DNA of 64,000 nt from Basidiobolus meristosporus CBS 931.73. Its lineage: Eukaryota; Fungi; Basidiobolomycota. Below, piece by piece: positions 61,050-64,000 of this stretch; position 1 is the stretch's first letter; each line of letters begins with the position of its first letter. The stretch covers positions 1-64,000 of the forward strand of contig MCFE01000381.1 in NCBI GenBank assembly GCA_002104905.1. Direction: 5' to 3'. The notes under the pieces were generated by a model, which had not been told where the DNA came from, ran no database searches, and worked only from the letters and a program-made list of their open reading frames with translations. The position numbers and the translations under genes were made by a program.

Positions 61050-63240
61050 TGGCTGATCTGAATTGGATCCACCCACAAGACCAAAGGCATTTTCATAGGA
61101 CACTCCATACACTTTAGAATGTTCCCAATAGCCAAGAATGTTCTCTTTTCTACTCTTTGGCTCCAACTTTGAGCATTTTTGTCAGCAATACAGCAGAAAA
61201 CTTCACTGCAAAAGACCCTGAAGAGCTGGAGGTCTGGTTTTACTTGTATATGATTCAACAAATGTAGAATCATGTAATGCTGCTGCTGGACATCAATTCT
61301 TGATTTGTATTGCAGTAGCAACAAATTTGGCCCAAAGCATGTGGAGCATTCCCTTAACACACAGCATACTTCTTGCCATCTCTACCATTGTCCTCTTTGC
61401 ACATGCTACTACTCCATTTTGCTGTGGAGCATGTGGGACAGTGGTTGGTTGAAGTAGACAATTAGCTGAGCAGTACTCTACAAGCTTGTAAAAACAATAT
61501 TCTCCTCCATTGTCTCTTGATGTTACCCTATATTACCCTTGGTTGGTGATTCTGCCATGTTCTTGAAGTACTTGAGCATCCTTTAAGCCTCATCTGTTGT
61601 GTTGTATTATGATTAGTTTGGGGCTTGTTCTACAATGTAGAGGCTGATCAACACTATACAACAACTTCCAGTATGCTAATACTGAAATAGTTTATTGGGA
61701 GTTTGATATACCAACAGAAGATATAACTTTCACTAATTTCCTCAATCTTAGGCTCAAAATATACTGTAGGCAGAGTTTATCACTTCTACAGCAGTGTTCT
61801 GACCTTCTGTCAACTAATGGGCTTATTTACTTTTGTAGTAACTTTTCCTTATTTGGCAGTCACTTTCCTTTCTGAGAAAATATTTCCTAATATGGAAATT
61901 CTGAACTCCCCTTTAATCTAAAGGGGTGTGTTGTAGAAGTCTCTAAAGGGGTCTTTAGACCTAAAGGGGTGTCTAAAGGGGTGTCTTTAGAGTAAAGGGG
62001 CTTCTTGTAGTGGTCTCTAAAGTGGACTTTACACTAAAGGGGTGCCTAAAGGGGCTTCTTTAGAGTAAAGGGGTCTCTAAAGGGGTCTTTAGACTAAAGG
62101 GGTTGTCTAAAGGGGTTTCTTAGAGGGGCTTTTCAACAGAAGTGGTAGTGTCTTGTAGAACTTAGATTGGATTTTTGTGAACTTTGCAGTCTCTTTACTG
62201 ATGTAGTACTGATCAAAGTCAGAATACTCAACAGTGCAAGTGATGCAGGGGAAGTCTTATAACCTTTAAACTTGTAATTGTAGTGTGCAGATTCTGGAAA
62301 GAGAGGCTCTCCCTTTATTTTTTGGCTGGGGAAGTCATATATATGAAAATTTTGAAGGATCAAAGTTTTTGGGTGATTGCGCAAGCAATACACGTGATAC
62401 AAAGCTAAAATTTGCAGTGGCACAGATCGGACATAGGCGCAGCACCTGTAAGAATTTCACGTGATTTGATTGGCTGGTTCAAAAGTTACACACGATCAAA
62501 GTCACCATAGTAATCCTAGCAAAAAGGCATAGTATATATAATAATTGGACTCTTTTGGTCATAACTCCTTAAGTACTGCTTCAAATGAGCTGTAATCTGA
62601 AACATGTGTTGGCTACTATGTGTTCTGTATGACATAATAATCTTGGGTGGATTGGTTGTCAGGGTCTGGAGCATTTCTTCTTCAAAGTTGGAAATTCTTG
62701 ATCTTTCACTTGTGTGTTACAATAGCAAAAAGCAAAATAAAGAAATGAGTGCAATATTGGTTGAGATATTGTAGTAATGGAATACCTCCATTACCACACA
62801 TCCTTTGTCAATGCATAGTACACCTATGCATATCTTGTCTTTGTTAACATATTGGACTATTTGGTATTTTTCAGCAGATAAAAATTTGCTCAGCACCTCT
62901 ATACTAGTCTTAGTTACTATAGGACTATTTCACAGCCCTAACTTTGCCACTCTCTTTAAAATCTACTATCTTATGATTATTCCCTTATAGTCAAGATCAA
63001 ACTAGAACTTTTACAAAACATTATGCACTCACTCTGGAACTGCAATAGAATGCTCCTGAATGTTAAGGAACTCTCCTTAATTAGTGTTATAGTAGTATTA
63101 CATATAACAAGGTTTAAATGCTGAGCTTCTTTGTGAATAAGCAACAGCTCATCTATTATCTTCATTTCTTGATAAATTTGTTATATTCAAAAGACTACTT
63201 AAACTGCAGTAGACTATGAGTCCTTACTGACTTAACCCAT
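61050..63240 (-). mobile_element. Old Copia integrase relic (different family), interrupted by a solo LTR-C
   Basis: TTVPHAPQQNGV...RTMVEMARSML and KPDLQLFRVFC motifs below 61594; NKTRYA*VY..TKD motif above 62799. Boundaries approximate. Confidence 0.7.
61595..62798 (-). mobile_element. Solo LTR, Gypsy family C
   Basis: Reverse complement of 40978-42251; perfect 4-bp TSD CATC; array at about 61908-62135. Confidence 0.95.
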
Positions 63241-63299
63241 TCTAGTGATGACTACTACCAGTAAGCAGAAGAGTACAAACATCTTCTCTGTAAAGAAGA

Positions 63300-64000
63300 G
63301 GCTTGAAGGGAAGAACTACTGACTTTGGAGAATCAAGATTCAGATCCACTTTGAAGAAAGAAAGTTTTGGAATAAAGTAACAAGAAAGAAATTTGAGCCC
63401 AAAGTAGCAGCAGAAGAAGTTGAGAAGTTTCAAGAGAAGGAGAAAAAGCCTGTAACCCTAAGGGAAGTTCTAGAGAAGACCTTTAGAGCAAAGTCATTAT
63501 TAAGCAACCTTTACTTAACAAGAGTGTTCTTCAACATTGAGAAGAAGTCAGAGGATGAAATACTCCAACATGTCACCATAATGGAGACACTTGCACAGCA
63601 CTTCACAGTATCAATGCTGGCTTATATGATGACAAGAAGATACTCTGTCTACTTTGCTGCTTAACAGACAACTATGAGCCACTCCTACTTTCTTTTGACA
63701 ACAAAGAAGACAATATGACCTTAGATTATGTCAAAGAAAGACTCCTGCATGACGAACTCAGACTTAATGACCAGACAGATAAACTGAAGATAATGCTCTA
63801 TTCAACTCAGAAACAAACATGGTAGAAGAGTAATCAACAGAACCCAAGAAAACCTGGTTGCTGTAGCTACTCCAAGAAACCAAGACACTAGGCAAGAGAA
63901 TGAAATATGAAACAAGCAGACAAAGAACAGAAACAGGAGCAGGCAAACCATACAACTACAGATGAGCAGTTATCTATAACTGTACACATGAGTGCAAGTA
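63300..64000 (+). mobile_element. Degenerate Copia gag relic running off the window
   Basis: ..EDEILQHV..METLAQ..MTLDYVKERLLHDELR resembles the Copia gag LTLNYVYERLLDEELR segment of family A. Confidence 0.6.

Overview
Eukaryotic (fungal) genomic DNA with short 57-75 nt spliceosomal introns. An early-diverging lineage (Zoopagomycota/Mucoromycota-like) is my inference, not proven. The window has two compartments. (1) About 0.5-21.5 kb is gene-dense and CpG-rich. It holds a pseudogenised secreted CHAP (peptidoglycan amidase)-like gene, a bacterial-type YdhR monooxygenase gene with an apparent 5'-UTR intron, a type I membrane protein, TAF11, a small complex I accessory subunit, DDB1, two tandem Pho80/PCL-type cyclins, a DUF2408/CUB1 gene, a 4-exon orphan ending in a CaaX box, and an intronless concentrative nucleoside transporter. 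(2) About 23.6-64 kb is a CpG-starved nest of dead transposons. It contains three Copia copies of one family (A), Gypsy families B and C with several solo LTRs, CACTA-like and PIF/Harbinger-like DNA transposons each with a divergent partner gene, and older relics. Nesting order can be read from target-site duplications (TSDs). Most unusual features: the CHAP pseudogene beside ydhR; an LTR-B fragment inserted with a 36-bp duplication whose breakpoint recurs at a second chimeric junction; a palindrome/G-tract array and a conserved ORF inside LTR-C; and elements inserted into antisense copies of their own LTR, creating long hairpins. All protein assignments come from motif recognition by eye; no searches were run.
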